A stretch of DNA of 62,215 bases, filler included, from Sphacelaria rigidula (taxonomy: Eukaryota), in NCBI GenBank assembly GCA_964200075.2. It is 4 parts of 4 records of this genome, joined end to end, with 100 filler letters (N's around TTAATTAATTAA, not from the genome) between each part and the next. Parts side by side here need not be neighbours in the genome. Positions count along the whole stretch, not along the records: positions 31,161 to 46,638 come from CAXNAA020001730.1; positions 46,739 to 62,215 come from CAXNAA020001731.1; 2 more parts are not named here. One strand, 5' to 3'. The notes beneath the pieces are model-generated. The model worked only from the letters and a program-made list of their open reading frames with translations, was not told the origin of the DNA and did not search any database. How positions within the stretch are numbered: position 1 is the first letter of the stretch; every line of letters begins with the position of its first letter. Positions 36,027-48,786 of this stretch are shown here, piece by piece. Position numbers and translations under genes: made by a program.

Positions 36027-38129
36027 AGATACTGTCACATTCTGCAGTTTCAATTGTCTCAGACCAAGAGTGGCGGGAAAAGCGGTGGACACTTATGAAG
36101 AACTCGCTTCACGGGCGGTGTGCGGAGGTGGAAAAAAAAATATCACGCACTAAACCCGTCACAGCACACATCGCAAGCGATTGCTTCTGAAATAAGGTCA
36201 CGTCCCGGTGGTACACGGTGAACTTGTGCAGGATTCTTTAAATGCCGGCCCGACCCCGCGCGCACGGATTTCAAATCACACTTGTATACAGTACAGTATA
36301 TATGTATGATACTGCTTCCTGTCTGTGTGTACGTAGTGTACCACCCCTCGCTCTGCCACATCTAGTACAGCGGTCGGTGTTGCAGCTGAGTGTGCATTCG
36401 CCCTAGGTGGCACACGCAAGAGTAACAGGTCGCCTCTGCCGCTATAATTCCTGCCTGTACCTTGAGCGGAGCTGGTAGCACAGCCGCTATGGGGCGCAAG
36501 CCGGCTGTAACAATTCATACCGCGTGAAGATTTCTATACTGTCTTGAAGTCACACTGCGCGCAGTTCCCACTTTTGCACGAGTACTGTGCACGTCGCAGA
36601 AGGCAATAGCTTATATGCTGTGCACAGTACATGCGTTTAAATTGTATACTGACTGTAGAAAGCTCTTGTCTGGGGTGTAATACATTTCCATACATATCAG
36701 GCGGTGAGATCGTCAAATAATCCACAGCACATGGCCGAAGTGGAAGTGAGGTAATCACCGAAATATTCGCGTGCAAAGCCTGTGCGGTCGTACTCCGAGT
36801 TGATATCGCTAGAAGTACTCCAGTGCAATGGCCATTTCGGCTGCCGGTCTGTTTGCACGGCCGTCCCGGTAGTGATCGGACTGTCTGTACCGGGATGTCG
36901 CCCCCAGTGCCAGGTACGCCGGCAAGGGTCCGTGGCACTACCCGCTGGTCGCGCGACAGGAGCTTAATCTTCGACTGTCAAGATTTTTGAAGGGGAAATG
37001 TTCAGCTCCCAACCCTCACATATACAGCGGACCATAAACGACGCTTGTTTGCTGGGTTTTCTCGAGCGTTCGTCTATAACTGGGCGAAGATTGATGGCCG
37101 GCAGGATCCGTCGCAGCCTGTGTGCTCAACTGTCACTGTACCCACTCTATCTAGCCGTCATCAGAAAGCAGGGTGTTGGAGAAATAAAATGCCACGCACC
37201 GTGGGTATCCACCGTATCAATGCACACCAGGCCATCAGCGACTTTCCCCACTGCAGCTGTGACTGTGACCCCTTCCTCTAATACCAATCTACACATTCTT
37301 CGGTGTTCTTCACCATGCTTTTGTGGATTGTCATGTCCGCATAATTGGGACACACATTACGCAGATATGACCGTGTTGGAGGCTTCACGTCAAACCTATA
37401 TGATTAGGGATCTCAGATCATTCGACTTGTGTTTGCTGCTAAGTCGAGGCCATGTCGAGCTGTTTTCTACTGCTTTGATCCCATGTTCTCGTGACATTCG
37501 CTGCATAACCGCTGTCTTCGTGTTCCTAAATCATCGAGAACGCAAAGAAAACCACGGTGAAGAAATACCCCGCCATGAGCGGGCTTTTGTGGTTCTTGTT
37601 TGAAGTTTTCCACGATCTTGAGGAAGGCTTTTGTGGTTCGGGATCGACACCCCGGGAAAAAGAGCCAGCGTGGGCGACTTTCGATGGCCAGACCACGCGC
37701 CACAGGTATTAGATGACACCCAAACCTGAAAGGTGATGTACCGCTGCACCTTCTTCGTGCACTGCAAAAAAAAAGCGTGATAAGATGCCTTGCCGCCTGA
37801 GGAAACTCGGCAAAAGTGGTGAAAAATGCGAAATGATATATGTACATGTAAAAGAGTTTCGGCGGCCTTCGCGACCACGCTTAGTGGGTCGAATTTCAAG
37901 ATACTTGAGCACCGGTGGTGGTTATATGCGTCGCAAAATGGAAAGTGTCATACTATAGCTTGAAGAAGAAGGCGTAGCTGCTCATCAGCTGAGACTGTTG
38001 CGCGTGACCCTCCGTAAATCCGTTAATAAATTAAATAGAGGAAATCCGAAAATGGTGCCAACTCACCTTCGGAAAAGGAGTGAAAACCGTTCTATTTAGC
38101 GATTCATGGTGAAAAAAATGCATGTACGG

Positions 38130-39655
38130 TGAATGAATAGCAGCATCTGTAGCAACAGTACAGAGACAGTAGCAAAAAAAGTACTGTTGAGACGATGCGA
38201 CATGTGTGCAGGATCAGAACACGCTCGAGGTGTGCCAGATCTATCCCGAGAAACCAGTGGAGAACGGTTCGACTTTCAAGTTGAAATATGCTGATCCCGC
38301 GAAAGGGTTCTTAGCCTCATTTGTGAGCCAGAAGAGGAACATATACGTCCCGTTGACGGGGGCACATGCAAGGCCTTGACGCACAACTCAGCACAATCGG
38401 GGGTAAACCTGGGAAGTGGTTTTTGTGTTTTTTTGTCACAGTTTGAATCCCTGCCCTTCCTCGAGGCGAGTCCGTGGTCTTATGGGATAAACCCATGTCT
38501 GTCCGGTACACGCCTTGCATTTTGGTCCCACGGAGTGGGTCAGTACTTCCGCACCGTCTCAAATCTCGTCAAACAAACCCGGTCAACAGTGTTTTATTAT
38601 TATCAACGTACTCACGCCTTCGACGATGGAAATCAGATACTGTACATAAAAAAACGAACCCAACGCATCGAGGATCGAACCCACGTTCTTTCCACCTAAT
38701 GCTGACAGTGGAGCAATTGGACAACCGGAGCATGGGCCCCCCGAAACAAAAACACACAGGTCGTGCCCTAACTGCTCATCAACTGAGCACGTTGTATGAC
38801 CTTGCTCAAATCTGATAAAATTAAACGAGAAACGATTATTCGTCTGATACACACACGAATCGGTGAAAGTCGTATGGGATGCGTGATGGCACATATCATT
38901 GCTTGAAAAAAGCCGTAGCTGTTCATCATCTGACCAAGTTTTGCGTGACCTTGCACGAATCCCTTCAGAATTCAATGAGAAACGACCCGAAAATGGTTCC
39001 GATTCAATTCTAAAATGATGTGGACTCGTCGTAAAAGCAATTGACGAAAACAATCATATATATGGTAGGGTAGCAGCAGCAGCAGCAGCAGTACAGGTAC
39101 AGTAACAAGGAAAATACAGATCAGACGATTCGGCACACGTGCAAGATGGAAACAAGCTCAAAGTATGTCAGCCCTGCCCCGAGTTGAGTGGAGAACACGA
39201 TGTTTTGTGTGAGACGAACGCACAGCACACGCACGCGAAGGATCAGCACCAATTGATTTGATGCCGATTCAAATTTATCGAAGGAGTGCTCGCAGAAACC
39301 GTTTCATCCAGCAACCCATGAAAAGAAACGCATGGCGGTAGAGTAGCAAGCAGCAGGTGCAGCGGCAGTATAGAGACATGAAAAAAAAAAAGGTACAGTT
39401 GAGACGAGGCGACATGCGTGCAGGATAAAAACAATCTCAAGGTGTGCAAGCCCTGCCCCGGGCGGTAAGCTGTGTTCAGTGGAGAGGGACGTCGCGCTGA
39501 TAGCTTCACGCCATCAAGAGTTTTCTCAACTGAACATAGTGGCGATTCAATTTTCAAGGAAACGTATGCGCTGCACAGCAGGTGAAAAGAAGAGAAGAGA
39601 CATGCGTGCGAGATCGAAAGACGCTCGAGGTGTTCAAACCCGGCGCCGAGAGTAG
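38130..39655 (+). repeat. Four dispersed degenerate direct repeats (~110 bp; starts near 38135, 39070, 39345, 39590)
   Basis: Shared GAGACGA..CGACATGCGTGCAGGAT...CTCGAGGTGTG...CCCGAG core. Confidence 0.6.
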
Positions 39656-39887
39656 ATTGTGTTTGGTCGACGGTGAGTACATCCTGATAGTCTTACATCG
39701 TTACCTCGTTCCTTCTGACTTTACCTGTTAGTTCCGATTTCAAACTGAACGCGGTCGAAGAGTCTGCTGGGACACACAACATCAGACACAGGAAAAGACA
39801 TCACAACGCCACAACGCGCATGCATAACGCGTGGAAAGCAAGACAAAATGGTACCCCACACCCAAGTAGATGCAGAACGCACCTCAA

Positions 39888-40005
39888 CCCTTTTGGAACC
39901 CATCTCCCATTTTTGTTTTTGTCAATCGATATCATCTTCAGACATTTTCAAGTCAAAATGATGCCGATTCACAAAAACAAGAATCGTCAATGGGTTCCTA
40001 AGGGG
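39888..40005. mobile_element. piggyBac-like mini-MITE
   Basis: CCCTTTTGGAACCCAT...ATGGGTTCCTAAGGGG hairpin with TCAA/TTAA flanks. Confidence 0.65.
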
Positions 40006-40990
40006 TTAATGACCGGGGAAGTGCTACGGAGAAGATGATCGGCAAAGATGATATACTTCAAGTCAAGTAAAGGCGAAATGCTAATTTCAGAGAGCTTCAG
40101 CAAACGAAATGACACGAAAACAGACTTACTCTAATATCACGCAAAAACGAAATGCCGGCTTTTCAGACGTCCAGTGCAAAATGACACCTGTCGGCAGAGA
40201 TGGCTTTGTAGAAAAAATATAAATGATGTAAATGTGCAAGGTTTTTGGCGCTTCGCGCCACCGCTCAATGGAGCGTTTCCCAAGGATAATGTTGAGTGTT
40301 CGGCGCTGTATATATGATTGAGAAATAATATTGAAATATAAAGATAAAAACGATGTTCGAAAGAGGATAAGTCGTTGTGTGTGCGGGCTGGCGATCGCAC
40401 GCGCGACGTTGCCATTCGGGTTGTTCATAGGTCATGATAAAACTGCACAGGAAACACTCCTCGTTTCCCTCAATCACCGACGAGAAAATAACACAGGAAA
40501 TGAAAAACTCAACTGCTAGCAGTTATCGGTCAAAAGTCGACAATGCGAAGACCTCACAGAAGACACTCATTCTGTACTGATCCTGTGCAACACCAAGCGT
40601 TGATTATACAGAACACACCACGGCTCAGGGCACAACGGCTAAAATGATCCACTGTAGAACTCCCAGACCACCACAGCCTGACGAAACGTGCCATTGTGCA
40701 TCCAAGGGGCTGCAAATGAGCGGTCCCAATTCTGAATCAAATAAAGAAAAAAAACATGGTCCGACTGGAAACTCGGTGGAGACGCTGAATTCGAGATGAC
40801 TTCTTCGGTATTGACCCTTTTTTAACTGGATAAGCACCATTTTACATTGAATATAAAACCAATCCGGGGTATTCGAGACGGGCAATTAGCAATCAATTCC
40901 GGGAATCGCATCTACGCTGTCGAATAAGTGGAGGTAGGAAGGACTGCCGTTGAATCGGCCGAAGTCCGGCTTCGCAAAGGCCAAAAAAAT

Positions 40991-41351
40991 CAGGGATATG
41001 CACGCTACACGTGACATAGCGTCGTTATACGTTACGTTCACGTTATGTTTTGACCGAAACGTAACTTGAACGTTAATTTTTTTATGTGATCAACGTAACG
41101 TTAAAATTCAAATGTAACGTTAACGTAACGTTACATGTTCTTTACGTGATGAACGTAACGTGAAATGTTCAAATGTAACGTCAACGTAACATTACATGTT
41201 CTTTACTTGATGTACGTAACGTGAAATGTTCAAATGTAACGTCAACGTAACGTTATATATTTCTACGTGACACGTCACGTTACGTGAATGGTAACGTTTT
41301 TCTACGTGATGAACATAACGTGAACGTGAACGTGTAACGTTTATAGCCCGG
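40991..41351. mobile_element. hAT-like MITE with ACGT-rich internal tandem repeats
   Basis: TIR CAGGGATATGCACG/CGTTTATAGCCCGG; 8-bp flanks AAAAAAAT/GAAAAAAT; ~61-bp internal repeats. Confidence 0.7.
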
Positions 41352-41479
41352 GAAAAAATGAAGTTGCGGGGCTTGGATCGACGGTCCCTGACCAACGCGT
41401 TTGAAGTTTGACCAGCTCACGGGCTAGTGTTGCCCGTCTTTTGTTCCGGTTGTTTAAGCTCAATGGAGACCTCATCAAT

Positions 41480-41559
41480 AGTCGAACATTTAGTGCATGC
41501 ACTCATGACTACATACGAGAGTCGAACATTCAGTGCATGAACTCATGACTACACACGCG
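41480..41559. repeat. 40-bp tandem duplication
   Basis: AGTCGAACATT(T/C)AGTGCATG(C/A)ACTCATGACTACA x2. Confidence 0.85.
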
Positions 41560-43298
41560 GCCATTCGGCTACCCTCTTGCAATACTTCATCACGATTTTC
41601 CTCCTCTCGAGGGTAAAGTGACCCTCCCGAGGATAAGAATACCCTCTAGAGGGTATTTCATACTCGGTTCCGGTCATAAAACGAATCCTCTGGAGGGCAT
41701 CTGATGCTCCAGGGACTTCTGAGGTCTGAGTCCCTCCAGAGTACCAGAAATATGGTGCTCTGAAGCACGTGGTTTTCGTAAACGTCCCTTAGAGGGAAAT
41801 ATGAACAGCAGAGGGAAATATGAGCATCATTCCTCTGGAGGAGGGGTTGCGCAGGATCAGTACAAAACCAGTGAGGCTTTCGCATTGAAGGCTTTCGACC
41901 GATAACGATTAGTTATGTGCAGTTGGATTCTCTATTTTCTGTGTGATCTTCTCGTCGATGATATCCGAGGGATACTGATGAGTGTTCTTTGTAGAATTTT
42001 ATTATGACGTACGAACAACCCGAACAGCAAAGTCATACATGCGATCGCCATCCCACATACGAGGTTTTTCCTTTTTATCGAATACTGTTTCTCTATATTT
42101 GGGGATCATCTCCAAATTTGATATTCAGCGCCGAACACTCCACATTACTTCGCCTGGGATCGCTTTATTTGGGCGGTGGGGCGAAGCGCCAAAAATCTTG
42201 CTCAAGTGAGAGGATTACATTTCTCGTGAAATTTCCCCCCCGCAAACAAGGATCATTTCGCTCTGAAACTCCCACAAGTCAGCATTTCGACTTTTCTTCA
42301 GTTTTAGAGCATATTTTTCGCTGATACCTCGTCACTTGCCTCACTGCACAATAGGGTGTGTTTTGTTTCTGCTTGTGTTTTGGAATGCATTTGTTTCCGC
42401 GCTGTGTTCTGCATCGCATTGCTGCGCGTTACATTTGATTTCCCATGTCCACGTCTCAGCGGAGTCTTCGTCCATCAGGAGTATCGTCATCCATCCATGT
42501 GGACCTCTTTTCGTTCCTGGAATCGGTATCGGGTATACTTGAAAATTGAACGGACATCACGTTTAATCGACAACCATAAGACACGGCATAATATCATGCC
42601 ACTGCTCTTCATCGAACACAGCTTTCCTCTCGAGGCACGGCTTGCACGCCTGGAGCGTGTTTTGATTTTGCACGCATATCCCAGCTGTACTCGAGCAATG
42701 CCGCGGTAGGGGGGTCTACTCATGATCTTGCATGCCGGAAAAAAAGTGCACCAGTACCGTGGCATTTCTCATTTCCTTTCCCCCTGATCTTGCACTGCTG
42801 CAGCTGGTGCTACTACTTCGGCGGCTCGTGCAAGGTTTGCTCATCATCACCGGCTGGATGCAGGGCTATTCACTCCGCTTTCAAATTTGAATCGGCACCA
42901 TGTGAACCGGTGTTGACTTTTTGTGCCTGTGTTGTGCGCGCGTCTCGCATAAACCATCGTATCTCACGGGATCTCAACCGATATGTGCAAGGTCACCCAC
43001 CAGGTGCTCAGCTGATGAGCAGCTGCGATTGCTTCAAGCTGTGCCATGTTCCATGACTCATCACCGGTGTTCGTGTATCTTGGCTGTCGGTCCATTGAGC
43101 GTGGCGGCGAATGCCGCCGAGCCGCCGGAATCCTTGTAAACGTATGCATTGTGGTGCCTGGGCTGTGGGGATACGGTATTTTTCTGGAAATAGCTGTAAA
43201 AGTACATACTTGGCCTGGAAACTGTCGAGATTTCACAATTACCGCTGAGCTATTCCGTCAGGGCTGCCGCAATAGCTCAGAAGTTATGTGAAAGAACC

Positions 43299-43554
43299 GA
43301 CACTTTCTACGATACCCCTCCCCTCCCCCCAAAAACAGCCCAAGAGTGTCACGAAAAAAAATGGTCGTACAGCGCCTGATGTTTGAGTTCAGGCCGCGTG
43401 AAGCGCCTCATATGGGCAACATTGGCGAGAACGAAACCAAGCTTGGGGATTCCCAACTGCTCGTTGTGCTCGGCTTTTTCCATTTCGATTTACGTGAACA
43501 TTTTGCCTCCCCAAACCAGGCACTTTTGGAGGTGGGGCTATCGTAGAAAGTTTC
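43299..43554. mobile_element. Sola-like MITE family 1, second copy
   Basis: TIR GACACTTTCTACGATA/TATCGTAGAAAGTTTC; perfect TSD AACC; homologous (inverted) to 13263-13616. Confidence 0.88.
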
Positions 43555-46500
43555 AACCGTGAGAAATCCGAGTTTTGCCCGAACCAATCGGCAGGTTGCG
43601 GGAGAGGTGGGGGGAAAGGTATAGCTCCTGGAAGAACCGTTTCGTGCGCCCCTGTGTTTGATGATCAACCAACCATTTGCAGTTTGTTCGTCATTGCAGT
43701 GACATATCACACACCCCACTAGAGGGGTGGTGGTTTTCATACGTGGTGGTTTTCATGCGTGGTTGCCCGGGCATCGCCGATCATTTTCGACCGCGGGTCT
43801 GAATAAAAGGGCTGATGGGATAAGTAAGAACAACAGGCGTGATCCGCACGAGAAGAAAATGACTGTTTGGCAAGTAACCTGTGTGTACTCAACACATATC
43901 TGTATATCTGCGAACCAGATGAAACTCGGTGACCGTCAGCCCTGTCCAAAATATGCAAAAATAAAATATGACTCCCCTCCGCAACAGGTGCTGCCTGTAA
44001 CCCCGTTAAAGATGACAATGTATCCACCACGATAAGCATCAGAAAATACTTCAATAAAAAAAGTTGGGGTGGGACGAAAAATGCCGTCGTCGATACTATT
44101 GAGGGAAGGTCGCAATAGTGGGGAAAAACCAGAGTTTCCGAGATAGGTAACGCCCGTAAAAATGGCGATCGACTCCATAATACTGAACATGGGAAACAAT
44201 AATTTCGAAGGCATTGGGAAAAGGGAAATAGAAAGGCATTTGTCGAGAATGATCACTGGACGGCGTAGTGATTGGAACAGAGAACGAAATTTCCGAAGTA
44301 GGCAATGCCCACTAAAGTGGCGATTGTTTCCGAACCATTTGCAGAAAAGGCACTCAAATCGAAGGAGACTGGAAAACAAAACGTTCTGACATAACCGGAA
44401 ACATACTGACAAATGGAGGATTTGCACGAACACACAAATGACGTCACCGTTCAGGGGAAAATCCGTATTGGACCCATGGTCTGGAGGTGGATTGCGCGGT
44501 GCTCGCACCCATCAGGCTCTCCTGGGAGGTGGAGCGTGTGATCATGATCGGGCACAAGAAAGGCAGCTGCGGAACTACTACCGCAGCAGCAACATCAAAC
44601 AGGTGCAGTTCACTTATCTTGTTTTTGTTGTTATGTGGGTGACAAAAATCGAGCAATACGGTTTGATGATACGATATGTGTGTTCCTCCGAGGCTTTCCA
44701 TCTGGCCGGCTTTACATGTGTCTTACTTGAGTTTTTTTCGCATACGTGTCCGGGTCAATATCCATGTTCCATGTCCATGTGCCAGAACCGGTTCTCGTGT
44801 GTGTGGGATGAAAGTGTGACAGTGTGTGACAAGAACGAGAGGTGCGTCCTGTATTGTGGTTTTGTTCAATCTGTGATATCTCCTTTCTTCCATGTGTCCC
44901 TTTTCTCGAGTTTCGTTTAGTACGTTTTTCCGGCGACGTGTGTATCTTGTGACTCACCAGAGTAGTTTATAGTGGTGAGAGCCGGAACTCTTCGTTTTGT
45001 AATTTCTTCGTAGTTGGCGATTTTCTTAAGCTATTCCGCTTGCCACCGCTCATCACATTGGAGATCTGAAGATACTTGTATCCGCCCCACATTCCCAGGA
45101 AAAAAAAAAATGTACTCAACATTGAGTGACTTACGGGCTTACCGGTCATCGGGGGTCCTGACACGTTTCAGCCCAGATTCTGAGTCTTCGGTATTTTCGG
45201 ACGATCCAGCTTGTCCCGATCGTAGTTGTAAAGAAATGTACAGGTCTAGTTTTTTCAAATTCCACCTAATCATTGCACTAGAGCCAAAAAACTGTGTTGC
45301 AAGGTCAATAACACCCTCCTGATAAACGGGGTATCTACTCGTATCGCCAGATAGAACCAAGTAACACTAACTTGGGCACTGGGGGGGGAAGACGATGTGT
45401 TCATTTGACCAAACTCTACCGACGCTAGCACTTTCGAGCTCAATCGAAGAGTAGTTGCGAGGAAAAACACCTTTGGACAAGAACTCAAATCAGGTGCCCA
45501 CTGCAGTAGTAGCGGATCAAGTGTTGTGCGATCATCAGCCAATAAATAAATCACGATCAGTCATTCAGTGTATCTAGCAAGATATACTGCCGTTTGGTCC
45601 GCGGGCACGAACGGGCGCGACAAGTCATCATATCGGGCATAGTCCGCTTCACGAAGCGATTTATAAGGGACAGTAGTCACTCACGCGACCACCGTCTCGG
45701 TGAAAGGGTTAACAGGACTTTTGACGAACGTGAAGTCGGACCTTGTCATGTCTCGTATCTTCTGATATATATCGCAACGCTACTGCCCTTGTGGGTGATT
45801 CTCCGACTTGGACTCTTGCGCGACGAGGACAGCCCTTCTCACCCCCCTTCGCCCTTACGTGTCACATGGGTGGCATCAGTGAGACGTCGCATTTTCCCTA
45901 TACATGCATTTAGCTCTTCGGGACTACATGGGCTGTCTCTGTGACCATTGACCATTTTAACGATAGCCGCCGTGCCCCGGGTGGTATGTTTCTCGTCCTC
46001 TTTCCTTGTGTAACTGTTGGTGTGACGGTTGTATACATCCGAACAATATTGGTTATAGTTATAGGGCGGAAGGTCTGAACGGTTCAAGCCCAGCAGATAC
46101 AGGGCGGATTTTTACCTCTCAAAAAGGGGTATCTGATTCCTGAAGTTGAACATATTTAGCGGGTGGGTAGCAAAGGACGTGTGTTACGGAATCCGCAACG
46201 GTGCCTCGACTGGGTGTAGTGCTTCAATCAATCCGCGATCCCACATAGCTGGGCATGCATAGTGCGTAAATCTCTCCGGGAAGATATGCGAAGGGTGATA
46301 ATACCTTGAGACTTCGGGCTTCTTTTCAAGGAGGGGGACGGGTTGAAGGTGTCACGAAAATGAGCAGATGTTTGACTTTGAGGGGGAAGGAGAGAGGGGC
46401 GCACGCATCCATCCTGTGACTAGACGAAAGTAATGAAGTCTTTGCAGGTGAGATGGAGAGTACCAAAGCCACCCACACGCCCCGCGATGGAATGACAAGG

Positions 46501-46638
46501 CGTCGCCTCCAGGACAGTGATGCAACAATTTCAGCGAAAGCATCGATGACTGAAAAGACAAAACCACTATAAACAGTGTTTTCGTGAGATTGAGAGTAGA
46601 TGATACGATTGAGAGTGGCTTTGATCATTCGCTTTAAG

Positions 46639-46738
46639 NNNNNNNNNNNNNNNNNNNNNNNNNNNNNNNNNNNNNNNNNNNNTTAATTAATTAANNNNNN
46701 NNNNNNNNNNNNNNNNNNNNNNNNNNNNNNNNNNNNNN
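46639..46738. other. Artificial contig linker N44-TTAATTAATTAA-N44
   Basis: Six-frame stop spacer. Confidence 0.97.
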
Positions 46739-47099
46739 GAGGGCGGGGAGAAGGCGGGGTGATTCCACAGATACCCGTTCCAGATTCAATCAACGGAGGG
46801 GGTGAGGGGGAACAAGAAACATCATTATCATCTACATCGACGCCGACATCGATGCCAACGTCGACACCAGTGCCGGCGCCGACATCCACGCGGACACCAG
46901 CGTCGATGCTGACATAAAAGTCGACACCCAAATCGGCATCGTACACTCCCTCTTCGCCCGCAGTGTCACCCTCTTCCACGCGTCCCTCGCAAGACGGCGG
47001 GAGGGGCGGCGACGCTCCTCAACTCCCGAGGACCGAGCGGCGCCGTATCACGTGGGTCGACGAGTTGCCAAAACTGAGGGCGGGGTGTACGAGGAGGTC

Positions 47100-48470
47100 A
47101 TGAAAAGGCTGCAACACATTCGATTGGCGCTGTACCGGAAGGAGTGAACGTGGTTCCAGAGAAGTGGGTTTTAAGTTGGAAAACTGACCCAGATGGTACT
47201 ATAACGAAGGCGAAGGCTAGGTTGGTAGCTCGAGGATTCGGACAACGTTTTGCGGTCGACTGTTTCGAGACTTTCGCGGCAACGCCCTCCATGGCCTCCA
47301 TGAAACTGGTCATAGCAGTGGCAGTTCTGGAAGAGTGGCCGTTGTACCATTTCGACGTGACACAGGCTTTCGCTAGCGAAGATGGACACTGACGTGTACA
47401 TGAGGCTGCCTGAAGATTACTGCGGTTTGACAGACATGACCGTGAAGCTGGAAAAAACCCATTTACGGGATCAAGCAAGCAGGCAGGCAGTAGTCACGTC
47501 TTCTGTACCAACTTTATTCAAGGATGTGGGGATTGTGATGACATTTTGATCAGTGGTGCTGAGGATAATGTGCAAAAGGTGGGCAAAATTCTGGACGACA
47601 ATTTCCCCACGAACAATCTCGTAGAGGTCACATGGTAGATGGGGTGTGCGGTGGATAGAGATTGGGATAAAGGCGCTGTCGGTGACGCAACAACGTTCAC
47701 GGACACGCTCCTGAAGCGTTTTGAGGTGAGGAGATACTCGGAAACCCCTGCCTCTGTTTCTATTAAGTTGGGGCCGACCATGGGCGAAGACACAGTGGTG
47801 AATTGTCCATACCGTAATGCCTTGGGCGGACTGATGTGGTTGGCAACAGTCAATAGGCCGGACGTAGCGAATGCAGTACGACCACTCACTCGCCAGTCAC
47901 ATGAGCCGTGCGAGAGGTACTAGGAAGCAGTAGTGAAGGTGCTGAAGTATCCTAAAAGGACGAAGGCTTTTGGACTTACGTTCAAGAGAGATCACGCCAG
48001 GCTTACAGTCTACTGTGTCGCTGACTACGCTAAAGGAAACGGATAGGCGCCCAGTCTCGGGAGTGGCTGTGATGTGTGGTGGTGTGGTAGTGTCTGCAAC
48101 AAGTCGCACACAAAACTGCGTGACTCTATCAACCACGGAGGCGAAGTATGTCGCAATGGCCGGGGGGGCAAAGGCGGGACTGTTTGTGAAGGCAGTGTTG
48201 ACGTTTCTGCAATCTCAGACTGTGTCGGGGTGTGGGGAGGACCACGGTATTGTATGTACCAGGACAACGAGGGAGCCAAGGCTCTGGCCGAACACCCCCT
48301 CGCTTCTAAAATAAGTATGCAAATTGTTGTGAGGTGTCACTTCATTCGAGAGCTGGTTGGGACGTGAAGGATCAGGGTCGTACATGTAGATCCAGGGTGG
48401 CAGCATACCGATAATTTGACGAAGCCTCTCCCGATCATTTTTTTTCGAGGCACAGACGGGTTTTGATGAA
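47100..48470 (+). pseudogene. Ty1/Copia RT-RNase H relic
   Basis: KWVLSWK...KAKARLVARGF, HFDVTQAF, PYRNALGGLMWLATVNRPD, LSTTEAKYVA, YQDNEGA, HFIRELV, DNLTKPL with stops and frameshifts; PPT GAGGGGAGGGGG at ~48679-48690. Confidence 0.92.
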
Positions 48471-48786
48471 TTTGGCAAGTCAAAAGTAGACGCGTTTTTG
48501 TGTGCACCCTTGTGCTAGCTCCGGGTATCTTCAGTTCCTTGTGGTGCATTTCTGCGCATATTGGATCATGACACCCACGCTACTTTGAGGGGCATGGCTT
48601 TTTTCGGCCGTTTGTTGACATGGCGTGTATCTGTCTTGACCGCTGTTCATAGATTATCTAGATGGAGCACAAGCAGTTGAGGGGAGGGGGTTTTTGCTCG
48701 GATGGTCGAGTTTCCTGCTTTTAGTATCTTTTTCGAGAGATAACCGCGAGGACTGATGCATCAATTCCGAGGGACCCACCAAACTC

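Noticed and set aside
36998..37603. 201-aa ORF and overlapping HTH-like 'GFSRAFVYNW' peptide as a Tc1/IS630 transposase
   Set aside because: No DDE motifs or TIRs found; similarity too weak to call
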